This document shows positions 20,159 to 30,651 of a DNA stretch of 64,000 nucleotides, piece after piece. The position numbers and the translations under genes were made by a program. Source of the DNA: Clostridia bacterium (GTDB taxonomy: Bacteria; Bacillota; Clostridia; Oscillospirales; Acutalibacteraceae). The DNA lies in NCBI GenBank assembly GCA_017407995.1, contig JAFQVM010000014.1:48711-112710 (forward strand). Direction: 5' to 3'. Each line of letters opens with the position of its first letter. Position 1 is the stretch's first letter. Under the pieces are notes generated by a model that was given only the letters and a program-made list of their open reading frames with translations, made no database searches and was not told where the DNA came from.

Positions 20159-21955
20159 TTATTTGTAAAGCGGGCCGTAAACTCCGCAGGCTCTGTAATC
20201 AGCGCCCTCAAGGTCCTTTGTTCCAAATGCGCCCCATGCTGCCGGACGGAAAATCTTCTCGTCAGGAACGTTGTGGAGAGCTACGGGGATTCTGAGCATT
20301 GATGCCATTGTGATGATATCAGCACCGATATGACCGTAGGAGATAGCACCGTGGTTTGCGCCCCAGTTGTTCATAAGGTCATAAGCTGACTTGAACGGGC
20401 CTTCGCCTGTGCATCTGGGTGCGAACCATGTGCAGGGCCATGTGTAGTCTGTTCTCTTCCAGATGATGTCGGAAACTTCGTCGGGAAGTGCTACTGTCCA
20501 ACCCTCAACAATCTGAAGAACAGGACCAAGACCCTTAACAAGGTTGAGACGAATCATTGTTGCAGGCATTTCAGCTCTTGTGAGGAAACGTGATGAATAT
20601 CCGCCGCCTCTGAAATAGCCGTTATCTGCTGCGTTCCATGTGGTTGCGTCAAGAATCTTATCTGCATCCTCAGCTGTAACATTGTACCACTCTTTGATAA
20701 CGCCCTCACCGTTTTCATCCTTAACCTCACCACAAGCATCAAGGCAGCATGCACCGGAGTTGATAAGGTGGATAAATCCGCCTGCTTCCTTAGCTTTGCC
20801 CTCGATGTCATAGCCTGTAACTCTCTTAACAGCATCTGCGCTCCAGTGAGTACGTACGTCAGCAAACATCTGCGGTCTGTTGGTGAGCAATTTCATGAAG
20901 AGCATACCGATACCGTTGAGAACGTCATTCTCTGTTGCAAGGATATAGGGCTCTCTTACGCCTTCCCAGTCAAATGATGTGTTGAGAAGTGCCTCTGCAA
21001 AGTCACAGTTGGGATAGAAGTCAGTCCACTGTCTCTGACCCTGGAAGCCTGCTGCGATAGCGTTGTGACCGACCATCTCTTCTTCGCAACCTGCAGGAAG
21101 ATTCGGATTGCCGTTCATGAGGTCTTTGATGATGCACATCATCTTAACTACGAACTCCCAATCCTTTTCCTTCTGCTCGTCGCTCTTTCTTACGAACTCA
21201 GGGTTCTTATCAAAGCCTTCTTTGCACTTCTCCTTTGTCCATGCGAGTGCCTTCTGATACTCAGCCTCGTCATAGATGCCCTCGGTCATTCGACGGATGA
21301 TTTCTACCTCGTCAACTGACTCAACTCTTATACCGAGATATTCCTCGATGAAATCGGGGTCTATTGAAGAACCTGCGATACCCATGCAGATAGAACCAAT
21401 CTGAAGATAGCTCTTGCCTCTCATTGTTGCTACTGCAACAGCTGCTCTTGCAAAGCGGAGAAGCTTCTCTTTAACGTCATCCGGAACTGATGCGTCATCA
21501 GCATCCTGAACGTCCTTGCCGTAGATACCGAATGCAGGAAGACCCTTCTGAGCGTGAGCTGCAAGTACGGATGCAAGGTAAACAGCACCGGGACGCTCTG
21601 TTGCGTTGAAGCCCCAAACACCTTTAATTGTGGTGGGGTCCATATCCATTGTCTCTGAGCCGTAGCACCAGCAGGGAGTAACGGAAAGAGTGATGTCAAC
21701 GCCCTCTTTCTTAAACTTTGCTGCACAAGCTGCTGCCTCTGCAACACGACCGATTGTTGTGTCAGCGATTACTACCTTTACAGGCTCGCCGTTTGAATAG
21801 CGAAGATTTTCCTCAAAGAGAGCCTTAGCTGTCTTAGCCATGTTCATGGTCTGCTCTTCAAGTGAGCCTCTTACGTTGAGGGGTCCTCTTCTGCCGTCAA
21901 TGATGGGACGAATTCCGATAACCGGATAGTCGCCGATAAGTCTGCTTTTTGCCAT
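20159..21955 (-). CDS. fucI: L-fucose isomerase
   Basis: [38 protein letters not shown]. Confidence 0.98.
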   Translation of the reverse strand: MAKSRLIGDYPVIGIRPIIDGRRGPLNVRGSLEEQTMNMAKTAKALFEENLRYSNGEPVKVVIADTTIGRVAEAAACAAKFKKEGVDITLSVTPCWCYGSETMDMDPTTIKGVWGFNATERPGAVYLASVLAAHAQKGLPAFGIYGKDVQDADDASVPDDVKEKLLRFARAAVAVATMRGKSYLQIGSICMGIAGSSIDPDFIEEYLGIRVESVDEVEIIRRMTEGIYDEAEYQKALAWTKEKCKEGFDKNPEFVRKSDEQKEKDWEFVVKMMCIIKDLMNGNPNLPAGCEEEMVGHNAIAAGFQGQRQWTDFYPNCDFAEALLNTSFDWEGVREPYILATENDVLNGIGMLFMKLLTNRPQMFADVRTHWSADAVKRVTGYDIEGKAKEAGGFIHLINSGACCLDACGEVKDENGEGVIKEWYNVTAEDADKILDATTWNAADNGYFRGGGYSSRFLTRAEMPATMIRLNLVKGLGPVLQIVEGWTVALPDEVSDIIWKRTDYTWPCTWFAPRCTGEGPFKSAYDLMNNWGANHGAISYGHIGADIITMASMLRIPVALHNVPDEKIFRPAAWGAFGTKDLEGADYRACGVYGPLYK

Positions 21956-21987
21956 TGTTATCTTCCTTTCTATATATGTCTAAAATT

Positions 21988-23460
21988 TTATTCAGCAATA
22001 GCTTTAAATCTGTCGTATGCCGCTGTCCACGCATCCGCATCTTTCGGCTCATAAGTTCTGAGCGCCTCGCTGCGTGAAACTATCTCACGGGCTGCTGCGA
22101 TATCGGGAATGTCACCGCTGCTCATAAGCTGGACAGCTATGTTACCCAAAACTGTAGCCTCAATCGGGCCTGCCTTTACGGGTACGTTGCAGGAATCCGC
22201 TGTCATCTGGCACAAAAGCGTATCCTTTGTACCACCGCCGATAACGTGAATAGCCGGATAATCTCTGCCTGTACATTCCTTTATCTTTTCAAAAGTCAAA
22301 CGGTACTTCATCGCAAGGCTTTCATAGATGCAACGCATAACCTCCCCGACAGTCTGCGGAACATACTGGCCTGTCTTGCCACAAAATTCACGTACACGCT
22401 CCGGGATGTCTCCGGGTGGGGTAAATTCGGGGGCATCGGGGTCGATAAAGCACTTGAACGGTTCTTCGCTAAGTGCCATGCGCTCAAGGTCAGCATAGCT
22501 GTAATCCTGGCCCTCACGCTTCCACTGTCTGCGGCTCTCCTGTATCAGCCACAAGCCGATTATGTTCTTGAGAAGCCCCGTCATTCCGCCGTAGCCACCC
22601 TCGTTTGTTATGTTTATCTGGAGAGAGGTCTCGTTGACTATCGGCTCAGGCAGCTCTGTGCCAAAAAGCGACCACGTACCGCTGCTCAAAAACGCAAAGC
22701 TCTTTTCGTCGCTCGGAACTGCGGTTATAGCCGACTGCGTATCGTGTCCGCAAACGCTTATAACCTTTGCCTTTTCAAGTCCGAGCTCCTCGCAAATCTC
22801 GTCGCTGAGCTCGCCGTTGGGTGTGCCCGACGGCACTATCGGTGTTAAAATGTCTTTGGGCAATCCGAGCTTATCCAACAAATCATATGCCCAATCCTTG
22901 GTTTTTATATCAACCATCTGTGAGGTTGTGGCTATGGAATACTCTGTCTGCATATTGCCTGTGAGCAGATATGCGAACAAGTCGGGCATAAACAGCAATT
23001 TGTCTGCACGCTCGAGAATGTGCGGACGGTATTTTTTGAGAGCTACAAGCTGGAACAGCGTATTGAGCTCCATAAACTGAATTCCCGTTCTGCCGTAAAG
23101 CTCCTCTTTCGGGATAGTTTTAAACGTCTCCTCAAACAGACCCGCCGTACGCAAATCACGGTAGTGAACAGGGTTTTCAACAAGGCAACCGAACTCGTCT
23201 ACAAGTCCGAAATCAACACCCCATGTGTCAATACCTACGCTGTCAAAACCGCCTGCAAGCTTTGCCTTTACAAGGCCCTGCTTTATCTCATGGAACAGAC
23301 GGAGCACATCCCAATACAGAGTATTGCCGACCTTTACAGGGTCGTTTGAAAAGCGGTGAATCTCTTCAAGACGTATATTCTCACCGTCAAAATGACCGAT
23401 TATCGCACGTCCGCTCGACGCACCGAAGTCAAAGGCGAGAACTCGTTTTTCCTTTTGCAT
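21988..23460 (-). CDS. Rhamnulokinase/L-fuculokinase (FGGY family)
   Basis: DFGASSGR, GIDTWGVD, GHDT, SSGTWSL, GGG, EAT.LGN; context suggests fuculokinase. Confidence 0.92.
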   Translation of the reverse strand: MQKEKRVLAFDFGASSGRAIIGHFDGENIRLEEIHRFSNDPVKVGNTLYWDVLRLFHEIKQGLVKAKLAGGFDSVGIDTWGVDFGLVDEFGCLVENPVHYRDLRTAGLFEETFKTIPKEELYGRTGIQFMELNTLFQLVALKKYRPHILERADKLLFMPDLFAYLLTGNMQTEYSIATTSQMVDIKTKDWAYDLLDKLGLPKDILTPIVPSGTPNGELSDEICEELGLEKAKVISVCGHDTQSAITAVPSDEKSFAFLSSGTWSLFGTELPEPIVNETSLQINITNEGGYGGMTGLLKNIIGLWLIQESRRQWKREGQDYSYADLERMALSEEPFKCFIDPDAPEFTPPGDIPERVREFCGKTGQYVPQTVGEVMRCIYESLAMKYRLTFEKIKECTGRDYPAIHVIGGGTKDTLLCQMTADSCNVPVKAGPIEATVLGNIAVQLMSSGDIPDIAAAREIVSRSEALRTYEPKDADAWTAAYDRFKAIAE

Positions 23461-23488
23461 ACTACACCTCCGTGTATAGGGTGGCAAA

Positions 23489-23911
23489 TTATTTTACAAC
23501 ACCTTTTTTAAGTATAATGTTAGCATATATCGCTGTTTCGCCTGTTGCTACAACAGCATATGCTTTCTTTGCTCTGTCATAGAAATCAAAGCGCTCGACA
23601 AGCTCAAACTTCTTGTCGCCCTCGTTCTTTTTGACGATTTCCTCATAATCGTTCCAGATGGGCGGGCGCTCGCCGTCAGCACCGTTATCCATAAGAGCTA
23701 CGGGTGCCTCAACATATGTATCAAGCGGCATGAGCTTCAAAACTGCATCGAGAATCTCAGGCACGCCGTGACCGTCAAGACGTACAAGGCGCTGAGCAAT
23801 ACTTGCTGCCGGGAAATTGCCGTCACCAATAACTATCTCGTCACCGTGACCCATTTCCATAAGAATTTTTAAAAGTTCGGGTGAAATTATTGAGGGGATG
23901 TTCTTAAGCAT
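23489..23911 (-). CDS. fucU: L-fucose mutarotase (RbsD/FucU)
   Basis: MLK.IP...SPELLK.L.EMGHGDEIV, ERF.FY, YANIILKKGV. Confidence 0.93.
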   Translation of the reverse strand: MLKNIPSIISPELLKILMEMGHGDEIVIGDGNFPAASIAQRLVRLDGHGVPEILDAVLKLMPLDTYVEAPVALMDNGADGERPPIWNDYEEIVKKNEGDKKFELVERFDFYDRAKKAYAVVATGETAIYANIILKKGVVK

Positions 23912-23974
23912 AGTGTTTTCCTCCATTTTTTGGTTATATAATCGGGCAAGATGAACCGTCTGGTTCACCAAAAT

Positions 23975-25768
23975 TTACATCATCGCATACATGCTGTACA
24001 TACTGCTGTATATTCCGTCTTTCTCCATAAGCTCACGGTGACTGCCCTGCTCAGCAATGCCGTCCTCAGTGAGAACAAGAATCTTATCCGCATTGCGTAT
24101 GGTAGTAAGTCTGTGAGCTATAGTCAGGGTTGTTCTGCCCTTGGCAAGACGTTCAAGAGACTCCTGAACAAGCTTTTCACTCTCATTATCGAGCGCAGAG
24201 GTCGCCTCATCAAGCAACAAAATCGGAGGATTCTTAAGGAATACTCTCGCAATTGAAATTCTCTGCTTCTGACCGCCCGAAAGCTTTACGCCCCGCTCGC
24301 CGATGTATGTATCATAGCCGTCGGGCAAAGCACTGATAAAGTCATGCGCTCCTGCCTGCTTGGCAGCTTCAATAATCTCTTCCTCTGTCGCATCGGACTT
24401 TCCGTAAATCATATTGTCACGGATAGTTCCCGAGAACAGATAAACATCCTGCGCCACAACTCCGATGTTTGAACGCAATGAGCGCAAAGTTATATCTTTT
24501 ATATTCTTGCCGTCGAGCAGAATCTCGCCGCTCTCAGCTTCATAGAATCTCGGAATAAGGTTGCAAAGTGTCGTCTTTCCGCCGCCGCTGGGGCCTACAA
24601 GTGCAACATTTTCGCCCTTATGAATATGAAGATTAAGGTGGTGAAGTATCTCTTTTTCACCCTTGATATAGCTGAACGAAACATCACGGAACTCTATATC
24701 GCCTTGAACATTCTTGATATCAACCGCATTTTCACTGTCCTTAATTTCAGGCACCTCGTCCATAATCTCCGCAAAACGTTCAACACCCGTTATACCACGG
24801 CTGAACTGCTCACTGAAGTCGACTATGGTTCGTATAGAGCCGAGCAAGGTTGAGATAAGCAGCAAGCTTGCAGCAAAGTCACCCGCAGAGGTGGTGCCGT
24901 TCTTCATGAGCATGGCACCCATGGCGACAACACAGATATACATCGCACCGTCAATAAGCCTTACTGTTGCGTGGAACTGCGACATATACTTGTGGCTCTT
25001 GTTTCTGATTCTTACATATTCTTTGTTGCCCTCGGCAAACTTCGCTTTTTCTGTCTTTTCATTGGTAAATGAACGCACAACTCGAACACCGAGAAGACTG
25101 TCCTCAATCCTGGCGTTTATCTCCCCTATCTGATGACGTCCCTTCTTAAACATTTCACGCATCCTTGTACGTGATTTCTTGGTGAAGATTATCATAAACG
25201 GCATCAGGACAAAAATAGCTATTGCAAAACGCACATCCATTGTTGCAAATATGTAGAAGCTCGCAACAAACTTTACAACCGTCATCAAAATCATCTCAGG
25301 GAAGTGGTGCGCCCACTCTGAAACATCAAAAAGGTCAGAGGTCATACGGCTCATGAGCTGACCAACTTTTGTATTATCAAAAAATGTAAACGAAAGGGTC
25401 TGAAGATGGTCAAACATATCCTCTCTCATAGAGTTTTCAATTTTAGTTCCCATCTTATGTCCGAAGTATGACTGACAAAAGCTTGCCAGACTGTCAATTC
25501 CTCTGAGCGCTATGTATGCAATACAAATTGCCACAATCAGTTTAACAGTCAGACCTGCAGGGTCGCTGACTCCCGTATCTGTTATCTTTCTGACTATCAG
25601 AGGAAGAATTATCTCACAGGCGGCAGATATCATACCGCACATCAGCACAAGAGCTTCCGTTCCCAGGTGCTTTCTAAGATAGGGGAAGAATCGCTTTACA
25701 AGCGCAAAATTTTCTTTTGCTGAATTCAATTTTTTTCCTTCAATTTCTTCTGTGCCTTTTTTGCTCAT
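23975..25768 (-). CDS. ABC exporter, fused permease/ATPase
   Basis: TM domain plus GPSGGGKT, LSGGQ, LDEATS. Confidence 0.93.
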   Translation of the reverse strand: MSKKGTEEIEGKKLNSAKENFALVKRFFPYLRKHLGTEALVLMCGMISAACEIILPLIVRKITDTGVSDPAGLTVKLIVAICIAYIALRGIDSLASFCQSYFGHKMGTKIENSMREDMFDHLQTLSFTFFDNTKVGQLMSRMTSDLFDVSEWAHHFPEMILMTVVKFVASFYIFATMDVRFAIAIFVLMPFMIIFTKKSRTRMREMFKKGRHQIGEINARIEDSLLGVRVVRSFTNEKTEKAKFAEGNKEYVRIRNKSHKYMSQFHATVRLIDGAMYICVVAMGAMLMKNGTTSAGDFAASLLLISTLLGSIRTIVDFSEQFSRGITGVERFAEIMDEVPEIKDSENAVDIKNVQGDIEFRDVSFSYIKGEKEILHHLNLHIHKGENVALVGPSGGGKTTLCNLIPRFYEAESGEILLDGKNIKDITLRSLRSNIGVVAQDVYLFSGTIRDNMIYGKSDATEEEIIEAAKQAGAHDFISALPDGYDTYIGERGVKLSGGQKQRISIARVFLKNPPILLLDEATSALDNESEKLVQESLERLAKGRTTLTIAHRLTTIRNADKILVLTEDGIAEQGSHRELMEKDGIYSSMYSMYAMM

Positions 25769-26030
25769 TTTTATCCCTCCACACCAAGCTTAACGGAAGT
25801 TACTAACTCTAATATTATACAACATTTGGATTCATTTTTAAAGACAATATAGAAAATATCTTATACATTTATTCCGTATTTTTTTAACAATGCGCTTCTA
25901 CATAAAATGAATCTCCGCAGTATTTGAAAAACATGGGCTATATATAGACTATATAGTATTATGCATAGCCTATAAGTGAAGCTGCTTTTGTGTATTCTAA
26001 TTTTAAATATTAAAGAATGGGAGCTTCAAT

Positions 26031-26273
26031 ATGACAACCGTAACTGCGGTGCGAAACAGAATTTTACAGCTCTGTGGAGAGCGAAATATCTCAATAAACA
26101 AACTTGCCAACATATGCGCTTTGCCGCCCTCATCGGTAAAGAATATTTTGTATGGAAAGAGCATGAATCCGAAGCTGCTGACAATAAAAATGATTTGCGA
26201 CGGGCTTGATATCACTCTTTGCGAATTTTTCGATACCGAAGAGTTCAACAACCTCGAACAAGAAGTTAAATAG
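26031..26273 (+). CDS. XRE-family HTH transcriptional regulator
   Basis: RI..LC.ERNISINKLA, NP.L.TIK.IC.GL.I.L.EFF. Confidence 0.88.
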   Translation: MTTVTAVRNRILQLCGERNISINKLANICALPPSSVKNILYGKSMNPKLLTIKMICDGLDITLCEFFDTEEFNNLEQEVK

Positions 26274-26286
26274 TGGAGGAAAAGCC

Positions 26287-27825
26287 ATGTTTTCAAGAAT
26301 AAACAGCATGGGTCTGTTCGGTATGGACAGCTATATGGTAGAGGTTGAGGCAGACCTGTCGCAGGGTCTGCCACGTTTTGATATTGTTGGTCTACCGGAT
26401 GCAGCGGTAAGCGAAGCCAAGAACCGGGTGCGTTCAGCCATAAAAAATACTGGATTCTCATTCCCTGTAAGCAGAATAACCATAAATCTTGCGCCGGCAG
26501 ACACTAAAAAGGAAGGTCCCGTCTACGACCTGCCGATACTTATAGCGTTGCTTACTGCAGCAAAACAGCTTGAATGCAAAACAGAAGGCTGTGCTTTCAT
26601 AGGTGAGGTGTCGCTTGACGGACTTGTTCGCCATGTAAACGGTGCGTTGCCAATGGTTATAGCTGCTGCAAAGGCAGGAGTAAAAACAGTTTTTGTACCC
26701 ATAGAAAACGCCGCCGAAAGCTCTGTAGTTCAGGGAGTTGAGGTTATTCCCGTACAGACCGTTACTCAGCTCATAAAACACCTGCGTGGTGAAGAGCTGA
26801 TTTCTCCCGCTACATTTGATAATTTCCGTGACAGCTATGAGCCGTCTGTTTTTGCACCGGATTTTCGTGACGTCAAAGGACAGGCGGAGGCAAAACGTGC
26901 GCTTGAAATTGCCGCAGCAGGCGGTCACAACATAATAATGGTGGGTCCTCCCGGTTCAGGCAAGAGTATGCTCGCAAAACGACTGCCGTCAATTCTTCCC
27001 GACATGACTTTTGAGGAGAGTCTTGAAACCACAAAGCTCTATTCTGTCGCAGGCGCTTTGCCCGACGGAGTTTCACTGATGACAGAACGTCCGTTTCGTT
27101 CTCCGCACCACACGGTTTCACCTGCCGGTCTTTCAGGCGGCGGAACTGTTCCCAGACCCGGTGAAATATCCCTGGCTCACAACGGCGTGCTGTTTTTAGA
27201 TGAACTACCCGAATTTTCACGCAATGCCATGGAAGTTCTTCGTCAGCCCATGGAAGATTCGAAAATCACGATTTCCCGTGTGTCGGCTTCGCTTTCATAC
27301 CCGTGTTCGACAATGGTGGTCTGTGCCATGAACCCGTGTCCCTGCGGCTACCACGGACACCCGACCAGAGACTGCACCTGCACACAAAACTCCGTTCACC
27401 GCTACCTCTCCCGACTTTCTGGTCCGCTGCTCGACAGACTTGATATACATATAGAGGTTCCTCCCGTTGAATTCAACCAACTCTCCGACGCCGCCGAAGC
27501 GGAGTGTTCCGCAGACATCCGAAAGAGAGTCAATGCCGCCAGAAAGAAACAGACTGAACGTCTCAGCGGAAGCGGCATATCGTGCAATGCAAAGATGGAC
27601 TCAGCGCAGACAAAGCTGTTCTGCCGTCCGACTGCAGAGGGTCTGGTCCTGCTCGAACGTGTCTTTGAAAAGCTTGAGCTTTCCGCAAGAGCTTACGATA
27701 AAATTCTGCGTATCGCACGCACTATCGCCGACCTCGACAACAGCGACAGTGTGACTTCCGACCACATCGCACAGGCCGTGCAATACCGCTCACTTGACAG
27801 AACTTTATGGAAAAATATAAGATAA
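26287..27825 (+). CDS. comM: ComM/YifB Mg-chelatase-like AAA+ ATPase
   Basis: IVGLPD, NLAPAD, GPPGSGKSM, RPFRSPHH, LFLDELPEF, SGPLLDR; intact. Confidence 0.95.
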   Translation: MFSRINSMGLFGMDSYMVEVEADLSQGLPRFDIVGLPDAAVSEAKNRVRSAIKNTGFSFPVSRITINLAPADTKKEGPVYDLPILIALLTAAKQLECKTEGCAFIGEVSLDGLVRHVNGALPMVIAAAKAGVKTVFVPIENAAESSVVQGVEVIPVQTVTQLIKHLRGEELISPATFDNFRDSYEPSVFAPDFRDVKGQAEAKRALEIAAAGGHNIIMVGPPGSGKSMLAKRLPSILPDMTFEESLETTKLYSVAGALPDGVSLMTERPFRSPHHTVSPAGLSGGGTVPRPGEISLAHNGVLFLDELPEFSRNAMEVLRQPMEDSKITISRVSASLSYPCSTMVVCAMNPCPCGYHGHPTRDCTCTQNSVHRYLSRLSGPLLDRLDIHIEVPPVEFNQLSDAAEAECSADIRKRVNAARKKQTERLSGSGISCNAKMDSAQTKLFCRPTAEGLVLLERVFEKLELSARAYDKILRIARTIADLDNSDSVTSDHIAQAVQYRSLDRTLWKNIR

Positions 27826-27830
27826 ACAAG

Positions 27831-27867
27831 AAGCCGCAGACTGCTTAAACTACAGTCTGCGGCTTTT
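27831..27867 (+). terminator. Intrinsic terminator after comM
   Basis: AAGCCGCAGACTG / CAGTCTGCGGCTT followed by T-run. Confidence 0.8.
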
Positions 27868-27909
27868 AATTTCTAAACAAAAAGACAAAATCTGTTGACT
27901 TCTAAACGC

Positions 27910-27938
27910 TTGACTTATCTACATTTTTGTTATAAAAT
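27910..27938 (+). promoter_or_regulatory. Putative sigma-A promoter of the acyl-CoA synthetase gene
   Basis: TTGACT-17-TAAAAT. Confidence 0.6.
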
Positions 27939-28053
27939 AACTTTAGAAATTATACTTGGGGTAATATGTTGTTTCGGCGTGCAGGTCAAACAGCATCTGC
28001 AAGTTAATGTTCTGTGCATATAACGGGTTAAATATTAATGATAGGGGAAGAGA

Positions 28054-29754
28054 TTGATGAAAGCATTTTACAAAGTTAGAGAGTTCAATGACATTCGTGA
28101 GCTCATGGACATGAGCACCAATCTGTTTGGTGACAAACCTGCGTTTGAAGTCAAACGTCAGGATGGCACCCATTATAATATTACGTACCGTGATTACCGC
28201 AAAGATATTGATGCTTTCGGCACCGCTATAACCTCAATGGGATTCAGCGATGCCCGTATAGCCATATGTGCTGATAACTGTTATGAATACTGCCTGACGT
28301 ATATCTCAACGATATGCGGGTTGGGCGTTGTTGTGCCTGTTGACAAGGAACTTTCCTCCGATGACGTCAACGGGATTCTTAATGCTGCTGAGATAGATAT
28401 TCTTGTCTGCGACGAAAAACAGCTTAACCGTCTTGATTTTTCGGGCGCCCCCAAGGATATGACTGTTGTCTGTGTCCGCATGAAAGAGGATAAAGAGGGA
28501 GTTCTCCGCTTTGAAACTCTCCTTGAAGACGGTCACAAGCTGCTCGCCCAAGGCAATGCGGACTATCTCAACATTCCGCTTGACCCCGAAAAACTTTGCA
28601 CCCTGCTCTTCACCTCCGGCACAACCGGCCTTTCAAAGGGTGTTATGCTCTGTCAGCGCAACTTCGTTTTTGAAGTAAAAGCTGCCATGGGCGTCATTAA
28701 GATTTATCCTGAGGACTGCGGAATTTCTCTGCTTCCTCTTCACCACACCTTTGAAAGCTCAATCATTCTTTTCTTTGCACCCTACTGCGGAGCAAAGGTC
28801 ACTTTCTGCGAGGGTTTCAAATATGTTCTTCGCAACATGAAGGAGTTTAACCCATCAATCTTTGTTGCCGTACCTCTCGTACTGCAGACAGTTCACAGAA
28901 GAATTCTCAAAGCTGTAAAAGCGAAACCCCACGGCGAAACAATGTTCAAAGTAGGTAAGGTTCTCTGCAAGGCAGGCAGTAAAATCGGTCTTGACCTCAA
29001 AAAAGTTTTCTTCAAAGAGATTCAGCAGACTTTCGGTGGTAACATGAGAATGATAATCTGCGGCGGCGCTCCTATCGACCCGCAGATTCTTGAGGATTTT
29101 GATGCTTTCGGAATCCAAATCGTATTCGGTTACGGTCTTACGGAGTGTGCTCCGCTCGCAATAATCAACCACGACCGTCTGCACCTTGCAGAGTCAGTCG
29201 GCGAGCCGCTTCCCGGAACACAGACAAAGATTTTCAACCCCGACGAAGAGGGTGTCGGTGAAATCTGTGTCAAGGGTGACATGGTCATGCTCGGCTACTA
29301 CAACAACCCCGAAGCTACTGCCGAGGTTATGGATGAGGACGGATTCTTCCACACCGGCGACATGGGCTATATGGACAAAAAAGGTCATGTATATCTCACA
29401 GGACGCTGCAAAAATGTTATCGTTACATCAAACGGTAAAAATATATATCCCGAAGAGCTTGAATATCAGCTCAGCCGTGACCCTGTTGTCAGCGACTGTA
29501 TGGTTCTGGGTAAAGACAACGCCAAGGGTGAGCTTGAAGTTCACGCACAAATTTTCCCTGACATGGCAGAGGTTAAAGAGCGTTTGGGAACAGACAAGCC
29601 TTCAAGCGAAGAGCTGGAAACACTGTTTAAAGACGTTGTTGAGGGCACCAACGGTAAACTCGCAAAGTTTAAGCGTATCAAGGGCTTCTCACTCCGTGAC
29701 AAGGATTTTGTAAAGACCACCACGCAGAAAATTAAGCGTTTTGAAAACGTTTAA
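28054..29754 (+). CDS. Long-chain acyl-CoA synthetase (AMP-binding)
   Basis: FTSGTTG.SKG, GYGLTE, FHTGD.G, GR.KNVIV...GKN. Confidence 0.9.
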   Translation: MMKAFYKVREFNDIRELMDMSTNLFGDKPAFEVKRQDGTHYNITYRDYRKDIDAFGTAITSMGFSDARIAICADNCYEYCLTYISTICGLGVVVPVDKELSSDDVNGILNAAEIDILVCDEKQLNRLDFSGAPKDMTVVCVRMKEDKEGVLRFETLLEDGHKLLAQGNADYLNIPLDPEKLCTLLFTSGTTGLSKGVMLCQRNFVFEVKAAMGVIKIYPEDCGISLLPLHHTFESSIILFFAPYCGAKVTFCEGFKYVLRNMKEFNPSIFVAVPLVLQTVHRRILKAVKAKPHGETMFKVGKVLCKAGSKIGLDLKKVFFKEIQQTFGGNMRMIICGGAPIDPQILEDFDAFGIQIVFGYGLTECAPLAIINHDRLHLAESVGEPLPGTQTKIFNPDEEGVGEICVKGDMVMLGYYNNPEATAEVMDEDGFFHTGDMGYMDKKGHVYLTGRCKNVIVTSNGKNIYPEELEYQLSRDPVVSDCMVLGKDNAKGELEVHAQIFPDMAEVKERLGTDKPSSEELETLFKDVVEGTNGKLAKFKRIKGFSLRDKDFVKTTTQKIKRFENV

Positions 29755-29788
29755 AAAATACCCGTTCGAAAAATCGAACGGGTATTTT
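29755..29788. terminator. Bidirectional intrinsic terminator
   Basis: AAAATACCCGTTCGA / TCGAACGGGTATTTT. Confidence 0.85.
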
Positions 29789-29794
29789 ACTTTT

Positions 29795-30625
29795 TTACAG
29801 CTTCTCTACCGCATCAACAGCAGCCTTGACATAATCGTCACCGACAAGCTCAACAGCGCCCTTATCAACAAGAGATGCTGTCTGTTCCTCCATCGGAATT
29901 TTACCGAGAACGGGAACACCGAGCTCTGCTGCGATTTCATCAATCTTACTCTCGCCGAAAATCTTTATCTCTTTGCCACAGTCAGGGCAGCGTACATAAC
30001 TCATATTCTCAACGATACCTAAAACCGGAATGTTCATCATCTCAGCCATGTTATAAGCCTTTTTTACTATCATGTTGACTAAATCCTGAGGAGTTGTGAC
30101 TATAATAATACCGTCAACAGGCAGACTCTGGAAAACAGTCAGCGGAACATCACCTGTTCCGGGAGGCATATCAACAAACATATAGTCAACTTCGCCCCAT
30201 GCAACCTCTGTCCAGAACTGCTGGATAACACCGGAAATAACAGGACCTCTCCATACAACGGGAGCATCCTCTTTTTCAAGAAGAAGGTTAACAGACATAA
30301 TTTTAATACCTGTCTTACTCTCCATGGGAAGAAGTCCTCTCTCGTCTGCGACAGCCTGACCCTTTATACCGAAAGACTTCGGAATTGACGGACCTGTGAT
30401 ATCAGCATCCATAACAGCAGCACTATAGCCTCTCGCCTGTGCAGCGCTCGCAAGCAGCGATGTGACAAGTGATTTGCCGACTCCGCCCTTGCCGCTTACA
30501 ACACCGATTACCTTTTTAATAGAACTGAACGGACCGCTCTGGATATGCAAATCCCTCTCAGAACAGTTCGAAGAGCAGGTTGAACAATCGTGTGTACAGC
30601 CTTCCATTTTCTCATTTTCGCTCAT
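29795..30625 (-). CDS. Mrp/NBP35/ApbC Fe-S carrier ATPase
   Basis: N-terminal CTHDCSTC...C, SGKGGVGKS, DMPPGTGD, ENMS...CPDC. Confidence 0.93.
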   Translation of the reverse strand: MSENEKMEGCTHDCSTCSSNCSERDLHIQSGPFSSIKKVIGVVSGKGGVGKSLVTSLLASAAQARGYSAAVMDADITGPSIPKSFGIKGQAVADERGLLPMESKTGIKIMSVNLLLEKEDAPVVWRGPVISGVIQQFWTEVAWGEVDYMFVDMPPGTGDVPLTVFQSLPVDGIIIVTTPQDLVNMIVKKAYNMAEMMNIPVLGIVENMSYVRCPDCGKEIKIFGESKIDEIAAELGVPVLGKIPMEEQTASLVDKGAVELVGDDYVKAAVDAVEKL

Positions 30626-30651
30626 TTTAACAACTTCCTTTCTTTCATTCA

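Noticed and set aside
20119-29788. Shared AAAAAATACCCGT...ACGGGTA arms in two terminators, as a possible repeat element
   Set aside because: Only two short copies with different cores; compatible with ordinary terminators.
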